From: Pseudomonadota bacterium
GTDB taxonomy: Bacteria > Pseudomonadota > Alphaproteobacteria > JAAXGF01
DNA length: 43,698 bases
Direction: 5' to 3'
NCBI GenBank assembly: GCA_022572945.1
Contig: JACZUY010000001.1
Span: 1 to 43,698 of the forward strand
Part shown: piece by piece, positions 18,510 through 27,013 of the stretch
How positions within the stretch are numbered: the stretch's first letter is position 1
How the letters are laid out: the number at the start of each line of letters is the position of its first letter
Program-made: the position numbers and the translations under genes
The notes under the pieces: generated by a model
Told to the model about the DNA's origin: nothing
Databases searched by the model: none
What the model saw: only the letters and a program-made list of their open reading frames with translations

Positions 18510-19990
18510 TGGTAGCCTCCGAGCAGGGTCAAAGCGGCGACCCGGGCGACGCCGACGGTGAGGTCGGTGTCGATGCCGAAATAGATCGTCGCGGAGGCCA
18601 GCACCAGGGTGGGGATCAGGAGCGCGAGCGGCGCCTCGCGGATGACCTCGGGCGCGTCGGGGTGGGGCTCGCGGAAGTAGGCGACCTCGATGACGCGCCA
18701 GATGTAGACGAAGGCGAGCAGCGAGCCGACCAGCACCAGCACGGCGACCGGCCACCGGCCGCTCTCGATGGCGGCGACCAGCAGGTACCACTTGCTGACG
18801 AAGCCGACCGTGAGCGGCAGGCCGACGAGGCTGAAGCCGGCGGCGACGAACGCCGCCATGGTGAACGGCATGCGCCGGCCCAAGCCGCGCATCGCCTTCA
18901 GGTTCGACGCCCCGATCCGGTAGGCCACGCACGCGAGCACCAGGAACAGGGTGCCCTTCATCGCCGCGTGGTTGAACATGTGGACCAGGGTCGCGACCAG
19001 CCCGTTGACGTTGGCGAAGCTCATTCCCAGCGCCATGTAGCCGATCTGCGCGACGCTCGAGTACGCGAGCATGCGCTTCATGTTGGTCTGGAAAATGGCG
19101 ACCAGCGAGCCGACGAGGATGCCGGCGAGCGCGAAGATCATCAGCAGCTCGCCGAGGGGCATGATGTTGAAGGAGAAATCGGCGCCGAACACGGTGAAGA
19201 CGAAGCGGGCGAGCATGTAGATGCCCACCTTGGTCGCCGTTCCCGCGAGGAACGCCGACACCACCGACGGCGCGTAGGTATAGGCGTTGGGCATCCACAG
19301 GTGCAGCGGGAACAGCGCCAGCTTGAGCCCGGCGCCGACGACGATGAAGGCGAACGCCGCGCGCGTCATGCGCAGCTCGTGCACCGCGGGCAGGCGCTCG
19401 GCGAGGTCGACCATGTTGAGCGTGCCGGTCATCATGTAGAGGAGGCCGATGCCGATGAGCATGAAGGTGGCGCCGATGGTGCCGAGCACGAGGTACTGAA
19501 ACGCCGCCGGCAGCGCGCGGCGGGTCTTGCCGAGCGCCACCAGCGTGTAGCTCGCGAGCGATGCGATCTCGAGAAAGACGTAAAGGTTGAAGGCGTCGCC
19601 GGTGATGGTGATGCCGAGCAGGCCGGTGAGCGCCAACAGGAAGGCGGCGTAGAACAACGGCTGCTGCTCGGGCGCCAGCTCGCGGGCAATGTTGTAGCGC
19701 AGGCACGGCGTGACCAGCGCGCCGATGGCGGCGACGATGACCAGCACCGGGCCGTTGAGCCGGTCGATGCGGTACTCGATTCCCCACGGCGCCGCCCAGC
19801 CCCCCATCTCGTACGACACCGGCCCGTTCGTCACGACCTCGAAAAGCAAGGCGGCGGCGATGAAGAACGCCACCCAGGCGACGACCATGGTCACGACCCA
19901 GGCGAAGACGCCGCGTCCCAACACCGCGCATACCGGCGCCGAGAGCAACGGAATCACGACCTGAAGCGCCGGGAGGTGGGCCGTGATCAT
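18506..19990 (-). CDS. mrpD: Mrp/Mnh antiporter-like subunit, MrpD/NuoN family, first copy
   Basis: 494-aa polytopic ORF (HLWMPNAYTYAPSVVSAFLAGTATKVGIYML). There is an ATGA overlap with mrpC. Confidence 0.85.
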   Translation of the reverse strand: MITAHLPALQVVIPLLSAPVCAVLGRGVFAWVVTMVVAWVAFFIAAALLFEVVTNGPVSYEMGGWAAPWGIEYRIDRLNGPVLVIVAAIGALVTPCLRYNIARELAPEQQPLFYAAFLLALTGLLGITITGDAFNLYVFLEIASLASYTLVALGKTRRALPAAFQYLVLGTIGATFMLIGIGLLYMMTGTLNMVDLAERLPAVHELRMTRAAFAFIVVGAGLKLALFPLHLWMPNAYTYAPSVVSAFLAGTATKVGIYMLARFVFTVFGADFSFNIMPLGELLMIFALAGILVGSLVAIFQTNMKRMLAYSSVAQIGYMALGMSFANVNGLVATLVHMFNHAAMKGTLFLVLACVAYRIGASNLKAMRGLGRRMPFTMAAFVAAGFSLVGLPLTVGFVSKWYLLVAAIESGRWPVAVLVLVGSLLAFVYIWRVIEVAYFREPHPDAPEVIREAPLALLIPTLVLASATIYFGIDTDLTVGVARVAALTLLGGYQ

Positions 19991-20337
19991 GCCTCGTCCT
20001 GCTCGAGAATTTCGTCTTCCTCGACGGTTCCGTAGGCCTCGCGAATGCGTACGATGATCGCCAGCGCCACCGCGGTCATCGATACCGAGACGACGATCGC
20101 GGTGAGAATCAGCACCGAGGGCAGGGGGTTCGAATACAGCGTGAATCCCTCCTTGGCGATCGGCGCGGTGCCGCCCGAAACCTTGCCGATCGAGATGTAA
20201 AGGAGAAACACCGCGGTCTGGAAGACGTTGAGCCCGACGAGCTTCTTCATCAGGTTGGCGCGGGCGATGACGAGGTAGAACCCGGCCATCATCAGGGCGA
20301 TCGAGATCCAGTAGTTGTAGTGGCCGAGGACGTCCAT
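19987..20337 (-). CDS. mrpC: Mrp/Mnh subunit C (NuoK-like)
   Basis: 116 aa: MDVLGHYNYWISIALMMAGFYLVIARANLMKKLVGLNVFQTAVFLLYISIG. This is the typical MnhC/NuoK signature. Confidence 0.85.
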   Translation of the reverse strand: MDVLGHYNYWISIALMMAGFYLVIARANLMKKLVGLNVFQTAVFLLYISIGKVSGGTAPIAKEGFTLYSNPLPSVLILTAIVVSVSMTAVALAIIVRIREAYGTVEEDEILEQDEA

Positions 20338-20338
20338 C

Positions 20339-20755
20339 TCAGCCCTGCCGCCCGGTGAACGAGAGGAAGATCGCGATCATCGCCGCGGACACGGTGACGC
20401 CGACGCCGAGCTCGACGAGCCAGATGCCGATGTGGTTTCCGGCCGCCGGGTCCTCGGCGAAGACGGCGTACTCGAGGTAGTTGCCGTCCATCAACATTGC
20501 GGCGACGCCGGTGCCGCCGAAGATCAACACGCCGAGCGCGACGAGTCCCCGCACCACAACCGGCGGGACCACCCGTCGCGCGTTCTCCACCCCGAAGATC
20601 AGTCCGTAAAGGAAGAACGCCGAGGCGAAGATCACACCCGCCTGGAAGCCGCCGCCGGGGCCGAAGTCGCCGTGGGTCTGGACGTAGAGCGCGAACAGCA
20701 GGATGAACGGGATCAACAGCTTGGCGACGACGCGCAGCACCAGATGCTCGCTCAT
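20339..20755 (-). CDS. mrpB: Mrp/Mnh subunit B
   Basis: 138 aa with the THGDFGPGGGFQAGVIFA motif typical of the MnhB domain. Confidence 0.8.
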   Translation of the reverse strand: MSEHLVLRVVAKLLIPFILLFALYVQTHGDFGPGGGFQAGVIFASAFFLYGLIFGVENARRVVPPVVVRGLVALGVLIFGGTGVAAMLMDGNYLEYAVFAEDPAAGNHIGIWLVELGVGVTVSAAMIAIFLSFTGRQG

Positions 20756-21321
20756 TGGTCGCCCTCCCGCTTGCGCCGCCGCGCGCCGATGAGCAGCATT
20801 ACGGCGATGCCGGCGGTGAAGATCACCGTGATTTCGCCCAGGGTGTCGTATCCGCGGTAGCTCGCCAGCACCGCGGTAACCATGTTGGGGACGCCGGTCT
20901 CGCGCGGCCCGTCCTCGATGTACCGTGGCGCTACGTGTTGCTGCGCCGGCGCGTCGGGGTCGCCGAACCGCGGCATTTCGGCGGTGGCGTAGATCAGCGC
21001 CGCGCCGGTGGCGACGACGATCAGCAACGGCCCGAGCGGGTTGTGGCGGTGCGGCTTTTCCTCGCGCCCGATCAGCGCCACGGCGGCGAGCATGAGGATG
21101 GTGGTGACCCCGGCGCCGACCGCGGCTTCGGTGAACGCCACGTCGACCGCGTCGAAAGACACCCAGAGGACGGCCATCAACAGGCTATAGAGGCCGAGCA
21201 GCATGATCACCGCCACCAGATTGCGCAGCCTCGCGAGGGCGATGGTGGTGACCAGCAGCAGCGTGAGCAGCACGATGTCGGGTGCGGTGAGAATTAGTCG
21301 TTGTCCTTTCGCTTGGTCCAC
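20752..21321 (-). CDS. DUF4040 / MrpA-C-terminal-like plus MnhB-N-terminal-like membrane subunit
   Basis: 189 aa with a GTG start at 21321. AVDVAFTEAAVGAGVTTILML is DUF4040-like. NMVTAVLASYRGYDTLGEITVIFTAG is like the MnhB N-terminal region. It overlaps mrpG by 28 nt. Confidence 0.7.
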   Translation of the reverse strand: MDQAKGQRLILTAPDIVLLTLLLVTTIALARLRNLVAVIMLLGLYSLLMAVLWVSFDAVDVAFTEAAVGAGVTTILMLAAVALIGREEKPHRHNPLGPLLIVVATGAALIYATAEMPRFGDPDAPAQQHVAPRYIEDGPRETGVPNMVTAVLASYRGYDTLGEITVIFTAGIAVMLLIGARRRKREGDQ

Positions 21322-21611
21322 GGCATGAGGCCGCTCACCAACGCCGCGTTCGACACCGCGTGGGTCGCGGTGGGGCCGGTGAGGAACAGGAGGACGAGAA
21401 CGAGCACGAGCTTGGCCGAAACCTGGGTGAAGCCGGCCTGCAGAACGAGCCCGAGGATGATCAGGACGGCGCCCAGCGTGTCGACCAGGCCCGCCGGGTG
21501 GAGACGGGTGAAGAAATCGGGCATGCGCAACAGGCCGGCCCCGCCGGCGACCACGAAGAAACCGCCGCCGAGCAGCAACAGCCAGGTCAGGCCGTCGATG
21601 AGCGCGCTCAC
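21294..21611 (-). CDS. mrpG: Mrp/Mnh subunit G
   Basis: 105 aa: GGGFFVVAGGAGLLRMPDFFTRLHPAGLVDTLG, the canonical MnhG/PhaG motif. Confidence 0.8.
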   Translation of the reverse strand: MSALIDGLTWLLLLGGGFFVVAGGAGLLRMPDFFTRLHPAGLVDTLGAVLIILGLVLQAGFTQVSAKLVLVLVLLFLTGPTATHAVSNAALVSGLMPWTKRKDND

Positions 21612-21871
21612 GGGCCGTCCCCCAGATATCCGTATTTGATGAGCTTGAGCACGGCGATGGTGCCGATGAAGTTGATCAGCGCGTAGACCAGCGAGAGATC
21701 GAGAAAGTCGGGCCGTTCGGTCACGAATCCCAGCACCGCGATCAACAGGACCGTTTTGGTGCCGTGCACGTTGATGGCCAGGATGCGATCGTAGATCGTC
21801 GGGCCGAGGACCGCCCGTACGAGTGCGAACGCCATGCCGACGAGCAGAATCGCCGCGGTGACGTCGAACAC
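21608..21871 (-). CDS. mrpF: Mrp/Mnh subunit F
   Basis: This is the C-terminal 87 codons of track ORF 21608..22252. The GTG start at 21871 lies just after the mrpE stop. Sequence: VFDVTAAILLVGMAFALVRAVLGPTIYDRILAINVHGTK..., the MnhF signature. Confidence 0.75.
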   Translation of the reverse strand: MFDVTAAILLVGMAFALVRAVLGPTIYDRILAINVHGTKTVLLIAVLGFVTERPDFLDLSLVYALINFIGTIAVLKLIKYGYLGDGP

Positions 21872-21876
21872 GGCGC

Positions 21877-22419
21877 TCAGCCCTCGACGTCGCGCACGCG
21901 CGCGTTCATTTCGCCGGTTTCGAGCTCGGCCATGGCGTCGCCGGAAAGCGCGTGCACACGGATGCGGCCCGGTTCGACGTCGGTCGATACGGTCCCCGGC
22001 GTCAGCGTGATCGAGTTGGCGTAGATCACCGTGCCGAGATCGGTGCGCTGGCTCGCCGGCACCCAACGCAGCACCGGATCGATGTCGAGGTCGCGGCTGA
22101 ACACGCGGCGCGTCACGTCGAGGTTGGCGCGCACGATCTGCCACGCGAGCCATGGCAGGTAAGGGATGAGACGCCAGGAGATCTGAACCGGATGACCTTC
22201 CTGGTCGATCACGTCCATGCGCAACGCGATGTACACCACGAGCGCGCAGCACACCGCCGCGATGCCTAGAAAGAAGGGGCTGAAGAACCCGGAGAGCAGA
22301 AGCCAGACGCCGTACAGCGCCGCGTATAGACTGATCGCGCGAACCAAATCGCCCCCCGTGCGTTTCGCGTTTTCGCTTCTGTGTACGGCGAATAACAGCG
22401 ACCGCCGTTCGATAAGCAT
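21877..22419 (-). CDS. mrpE: Mrp/Mnh subunit E (start uncertain)
   Basis: The sequence LYAALYGVWLLLSGFFSPFF...ANSITLTPGTVSTDV matches the MnhE family. The start is either ATG 22419 or TTG 22347; the latter gives a more typical ~156-aa length. Confidence 0.7.
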   Translation of the reverse strand: MLIERRSLLFAVHRSENAKRTGGDLVRAISLYAALYGVWLLLSGFFSPFFLGIAAVCCALVVYIALRMDVIDQEGHPVQISWRLIPYLPWLAWQIVRANLDVTRRVFSRDLDIDPVLRWVPASQRTDLGTVIYANSITLTPGTVSTDVEPGRIRVHALSGDAMAELETGEMNARVRDVEG

Positions 22420-22673
22420 CCCAATGTGAAGGGGCCGCAGCTTGGCGGCAGAGTATGCCTCAAGGCTCGGGGCGCGCCAAGCCGGAATTGGCGGCCCCCG
22501 GCGCACGGGTTGCGATACCGTGTTCGATGCCGAGCATAAGATCGGCCCAGTCCGGTTAAGTGCGTGTTCTCCAAGGTGATTATTTTTGGCGGGAATTATT
22601 TTTCCGCACCACGCGCGAATTGTCGCTGCGGGTTGTATATGCTAAAGTTGCCCGTTCCAGTTAGAAAAGTCCA

Positions 22674-23489
22674 ATGAACGAAGAGTTGGAAATCGGGGAG
22701 AGTGGCGAAGAGGACTTACCTGTCGTTCGCGGCACTGTTAAGTGGTTCAACGCCGAAAAGGGATTTGGTTTCGTCGTCCCTGAAGACGGCGGTTCGGATG
22801 TTTTCCTTCACCATTCGGTCTTGCGCGACGCTGGCATGACCAGTCTCGACGGCGGTACGACCGTGGTTTGCGCCGTGAGCGAAGGCACCAAAGGACGCCA
22901 GGCGGTTCGCGTTGTCGAGGTCGATACCAGCACGGCGACGCCCAAGGACCCCCCGCGTCCGCGTGCGATGCCGGGGTTCGAGCGGCAGGGCCATGCGCCG
23001 CTGGCGGAGGTCGGTGATTTCGTCGTCGCCACGGTCAAGTGGTTCAATCCGGCCAAGGGGTATGGGTTTCTTTCCCTGGATGACGGATCGCCCGACATTT
23101 TCATCCACATGCGAACGCTGCGCCGCTGCGGGGTGATGGCTCTCGATCGTGGACAGGAAGTGCGGGTGCGAATCGGCCAAAGCGAAAGAGGACCGCAAGC
23201 CGCTGAGATCGACCTCGGCAAGAGCATTATTCGTCCACCTTTACCCAAGTCAAAGGTGAACTGCGTTCAATCGCCACGCAGGCTTCCGCCGCATGAGCGG
23301 CGGCCCCCATTTATTGCGGTCAAGGGGGGCGCGGGCTGGCGTAATCCGAACGAGTGGACTCGTACGGATTACGCTCTAGCGCTACTTCCCGAAATCCGGC
23401 GTGTTTCGCCCGGTCAGCCCGGATCGCGGCGCTCCTCGGGCAGAGATTTTGGCGTCGCGCCGCTTCGCGTGAAGCTTCGGCATCGATGA
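22674..23489 (+). CDS. Cold-shock-domain protein with two CSDs and an ~85-codon tail of doubtful authenticity
   Basis: The two CSD cores are [29 protein letters not shown] and [29 protein letters not shown]. The frame stays open through repeat copy C to a TGA at 23487..23489, which overlaps the DUF192 ATG. Confidence 0.8.
   Translation: MNEELEIGESGEEDLPVVRGTVKWFNAEKGFGFVVPEDGGSDVFLHHSVLRDAGMTSLDGGTTVVCAVSEGTKGRQAVRVVEVDTSTATPKDPPRPRAMPGFERQGHAPLAEVGDFVVATVKWFNPAKGYGFLSLDDGSPDIFIHMRTLRRCGVMALDRGQEVRVRIGQSERGPQAAEIDLGKSIIRPPLPKSKVNCVQSPRRLPPHERRPPFIAVKGGAGWRNPNEWTRTDYALALLPEIRRVSPGQPGSRRSSGRDFGVAPLRVKLRHR
23245..23373 (-). repeat. Dispersed intergenic repeat, subfamily 1, copy C (inverted orientation) plus adjacent hairpin
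   Basis: The reverse complement of 23245..23342 aligns with copy A at high identity by eye. The hairpin at 23342..23373 is GTAATCCGAACGAGT-gg-ACTCGTACGGATTAC, with one A/A mismatch. It lies inside the 3' tail of the CSD ORF. Confidence 0.8.
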
Positions 23490-23980
23490 TACGCGTTCCC
23501 CAGGCCCTACGGATCGTTTCGCTGGTCCTCGTACTGGCGGCGCCCGCACTCCCCGCCGTCGCCCAGACGGCCGGCTTTCCGCGCGCCGAGCTCGTCGTTG
23601 AAACGCGGACCGACGAGCTGCGGTTGACGGTCGAGGTCGCGCGCACGCCGGCCCAGCGCGCGCAGGGGCTGATGTTCCGCACCCGGCTCGACCCCCAATC
23701 CGGCATGTTGTTCCTGTTCGGGTCCGAAGGCGAGGTGGGAATGTGGATGAAGAACACGCTGATCTCGCTCGACATGCTGTTCATCGGCGACGACGAGCGC
23801 GTCAAGCGCATCGTTCGGCGCACGACGCCGCTCTCGGAAAAGACGATCGGTTCGGGCGAACCGGCGATCGCGGTGCTCGAGCTCGCCGCCGGAAGCGCCG
23901 CGCGGCTCGGCATCCGCGTCGGCGATCGGGTTCGCTTCCGCGACCTGGCGGGGGTGCGGAAACCGCCGGAGGCTAATTGA
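23486..23980 (+). CDS. DUF192-domain protein with signal peptide
   Basis: ORF 23354..23980, trimmed to ATG 23486 ([27 protein letters not shown] signal-like N-terminus). The core is RAQGLMFR...GMLFLF...[15 protein letters not shown], characteristic of DUF192/COG1430. Confidence 0.8.
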   Translation: MIRVPQALRIVSLVLVLAAPALPAVAQTAGFPRAELVVETRTDELRLTVEVARTPAQRAQGLMFRTRLDPQSGMLFLFGSEGEVGMWMKNTLISLDMLFIGDDERVKRIVRRTTPLSEKTIGSGEPAIAVLELAAGSAARLGIRVGDRVRFRDLAGVRKPPEAN

Positions 23981-24172
23981 GAAGGAACGGGTACGAAGAC
24001 GGGGGCCGGGTCATTGGGTCAACGGTGCTTGCCGCGCGAACGGTGGGCGCCAAATTGAAACGCCGGTTGATGATAAAATTTTGCAATTGTGGTTAGTTTC
24101 GGGTGAACGTCGGCGCGAACGCTTCGCCGGGGATTTCGACGGTTATGGCGACTTGCGGAGGATGATGAGGCA

Positions 24173-24982
24173 ATGACACTGCATCTCAAGGGATTCCGGG
24201 ACGGTTTCGGCCCCGGTCAGACCATCGTGACCCGCCTCGATGAAGCGGAAGACAATACGGGGATAGAGTTTTCCGTCGTCAACCTCTCGGCGGGCGAACA
24301 ATTGGCGCTTACCACCGAATCGGAGACGGCCTTCCTCTTGATGACGGGCGAAGCCTCGTTTTCCGCTGCCGGCAACACGGAACGATATGCCCGCCGCACC
24401 ATCTTTGACCAATCGCCCGCCTGTCTCCACGTGGCGGCCGGCGAAGCCGTCGTCATCGACGCTGCCGTCGCGACCGAGCTCACTCAGTACCGGACGGCCA
24501 ATACGAAGCGGTTCGCCGCCCGATTCTACGGGCCGGAGGACGTGCCCAACGAGCATCGGGGCAAGGGCCAGGTCGATAACGCTTGCTATAGGTTCGTGCG
24601 CACGATCTTCGATGGCGCCACCAGCGATTCCAACGCCGAGCTCGTCTTGGGCGAGGTGATCACCATGCCCGGCCGCTGGTCGAGCTACCCGCCGCACCAC
24701 CACCCGCAGCCGGAGATCTACCATTATCGGTTCACCGAGCCCCAGGGCTACGGCCATGCGGAGTTAGGAGATGACGTTTACAAGGTCCGCCAGTACGACA
24801 CGGTGAAAATCTTCGATGGCAACGATCACGCCCAGTGCGCGGCACCGGGTTACGGCATGTATTACGCCTGGGTCATCCGACACCTGCCGGGCAATCCCTA
24901 CACCGTGCCGGCGTTCACCGAGGAGCACCGCTGGATCATGGACGAAACCGCCAAGCCCTGGCGTCCGGAAGGAATCGACTGA
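24173..24982 (+). CDS. iolB: 5-deoxy-glucuronate isomerase
   Basis: 269 aa of the KduI/IolB cupin family (GRWSSYPPHHHPQPEIYHYRF). It sits directly upstream of iolC. Confidence 0.85.
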   Translation: MTLHLKGFRDGFGPGQTIVTRLDEAEDNTGIEFSVVNLSAGEQLALTTESETAFLLMTGEASFSAAGNTERYARRTIFDQSPACLHVAAGEAVVIDAAVATELTQYRTANTKRFAARFYGPEDVPNEHRGKGQVDNACYRFVRTIFDGATSDSNAELVLGEVITMPGRWSSYPPHHHPQPEIYHYRFTEPQGYGHAELGDDVYKVRQYDTVKIFDGNDHAQCAAPGYGMYYAWVIRHLPGNPYTVPAFTEEHRWIMDETAKPWRPEGID

Positions 24983-24997
24983 AGGAGACCCGTCGGG

Positions 24998-26926
24998 ATG
25001 TCCGGTCGTCCGCTCGACGTTATCTGTATCGGCCGTTCTTCCGTCGACCTGTATGGCGCTCAGGTCGGCGGCCGCCTCGAGGACGTAACGAGCTTTGCCA
25101 AGTACGTGGGCGGCTGCCCGACCAACATTTCGGTCGGCACCGCGCGGCTGGGGCTTAAATCGGCGCTTGTTACCCGCGTCGGCGACGAGCACATGGGCCG
25201 ATTTATCCGCGAACAGTTGGCGCGCGAGGGCGTCGACACGAGCCATGTCATCACCGATCCGGAACGGATGACGGCCCTCGTCATCCTGGGTATCCGCGAC
25301 CGGGACACCTTCCCGCTGATCTTCTACCGCGCGAACTGCGCCGACATGGCGATCTCGCCCGATGACATGGAACCCGCGTTCATCGCCAGCGCCAAGGCCA
25401 TCGTGGTGACGGGAACCCATTTCTCCTCGCCCACCGTCGACCGCGCCAGCCGACACGCCATGCGTCTCGCCCGCGAGGCGGGCACCGAGATCGTCTTCGA
25501 CATCGACTATCGCCCCGTTCTCTGGGGGCTCACGGGTCATGGGCTCGGCGAGGAGCGTTTCGTCGCCGACGACGACGTGACCGCGCACCTGCAGACGATC
25601 CTTCCGGATTGCGGCCTCGTGGTCGGCACCGAGGAGGAGCTTCACATCGCCGGCGGCACGACCGACACCCTCGACGCCGTGCGCAAAGTTCGCGCGCTCA
25701 CCGACGCCGTCATCGTCTGCAAGCGCGGTCCCATGGGATGCGTCGTGTTTCCGGATGCGATCCCCGACGACATCGACGACGGCATCAAGGGACCCGGATT
25801 CGCGGTCGAGGTCTTTAACGTCTTGGGCGCGGGCGACGCCTTCATGAGCGGCTTCCTGCGCGGCTGGCTGAGGAATCTTCCGATCGAAGAATGCTGCCGC
25901 TTCGCCAATGCCTGTGGGGCTTTCGCCGTGTCGCGTCACGGCTGCGCGCCGGCGATTCCGAGCTGGATTGAGCTTGAATTTTTCCTCGAAAACGGGAGTC
26001 TGGAACGAGCCCTGCGCAAGGACGCGAGGCTCACGCAAATTCATTGGGCGACGAACCGGCGCAAGGAATGGGCCGAGGTTTGTGCCTTCGCGTTCGACCA
26101 TCGGCGCCATTTCGAAGACCTCGCCGAGCGCCATGGCGTTTCCCGCGACCGCATCCCCGCCTTCAAGAAGCTGGCCTTCAGGGCAACACAGGCAGCCGTC
26201 GCGGATGGGACGAGCGCCGGCATCATCGCCGATAGCCAATATGCGCGGGAAGTCTTGGAACAGGCCGCCGACACCCGCTTGTGGATTGGCCGCCCCATCG
26301 AACAGCCCGGCTCGCGACCGCTCCGTTTCGAGGGCGGACCGGACGTGGGAAGCACGCTCGACGAATGGCCCGTCGATCACACGGTAAAATGCCTCCTCTT
26401 GTACCATCCCGACGACCCGGAGACCTTGCGCGCCGAACAGGAAGAGCGAGTGGTGCAGTTGTTCAGCGCCTGCCGCGCCGCCAAACTCGATCTGCTGCTC
26501 GAGGTTATTGCCAGCAAGCACGGGCCGATCGACGACGGCACCGTCGCCGCGGTCATCGAGCGGTTCTACGGCATCGGCGTCTATCCCGACTGGTGGAAGC
26601 TCGAGGACCCGCGGGGCCGAGCGGCGTGGGCGCGGATCACGGACGCCATCGACCGGCACGACCCCCATTGCCGCGGCGTCCTGCTCCTCGGCCTCGACGC
26701 ACCGGAGGACGATATCAGGAAGGCGCTCGGCGCGGCGGCGGTCGAGCCGATCTGCAAGGGCTTCACCATCGGCCGGACCATATTCGGGGCGACCGCCGAC
26801 GACTGGTTCGCCGGGCGCGTTTCGGATCGAGACGCGGTCCACCGCATGGCCGAGGTCTACAGCCGTCTTATTGCCACGTGGCGGGAAGCGCGGGCGCGGA
26901 TCACCAACAAGAAGGAAGCACGCTGA
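24998..26926 (+). CDS. iolC: 5-dehydro-2-deoxygluconokinase fused to a DUF2090 / aldolase-like C-terminal domain
   Basis: 642 aa. The N-terminal part is a PfkB ribokinase-like kinase (DVICIGRSSVDLYG...VLGAGDAFMSGFL). The ~300-aa C-terminal extension is as in rhizobial long-form IolC. Confidence 0.85.
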   Translation: MSGRPLDVICIGRSSVDLYGAQVGGRLEDVTSFAKYVGGCPTNISVGTARLGLKSALVTRVGDEHMGRFIREQLAREGVDTSHVITDPERMTALVILGIRDRDTFPLIFYRANCADMAISPDDMEPAFIASAKAIVVTGTHFSSPTVDRASRHAMRLAREAGTEIVFDIDYRPVLWGLTGHGLGEERFVADDDVTAHLQTILPDCGLVVGTEEELHIAGGTTDTLDAVRKVRALTDAVIVCKRGPMGCVVFPDAIPDDIDDGIKGPGFAVEVFNVLGAGDAFMSGFLRGWLRNLPIEECCRFANACGAFAVSRHGCAPAIPSWIELEFFLENGSLERALRKDARLTQIHWATNRRKEWAEVCAFAFDHRRHFEDLAERHGVSRDRIPAFKKLAFRATQAAVADGTSAGIIADSQYAREVLEQAADTRLWIGRPIEQPGSRPLRFEGGPDVGSTLDEWPVDHTVKCLLLYHPDDPETLRAEQEERVVQLFSACRAAKLDLLLEVIASKHGPIDDGTVAAVIERFYGIGVYPDWWKLEDPRGRAAWARITDAIDRHDPHCRGVLLLGLDAPEDDIRKALGAAAVEPICKGFTIGRTIFGATADDWFAGRVSDRDAVHRMAEVYSRLIATWREARARITNKKEAR

Positions 26927-27013
26927 CCGCCGAGGGCAAGGATTTACGGTCCCCCGGTCTGGCTGCAAACATTTGGACCGAGACTGGCGATACCCGTGTG
27001 AAGGAGGACGTGT

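Noticed and set aside
17043-19931. 962-aa ORF suggesting a giant MrpA-like protein
   Set aside because: The N-terminal ~470 codons are an Arg/Gly/His-rich alternative frame of the first mrpD-like gene. A GTG start with GGAGG at 18509 gives a normal 488-aa D-like subunit.
22420-22673. Promoter or cold-box elements in the mrpE / csp divergent region, including the duplicated ATTATTTTT motif
   Set aside because: I could not place a -35/-10 pair with acceptable spacing, nor a convincing conserved structure. It is left unannotated.
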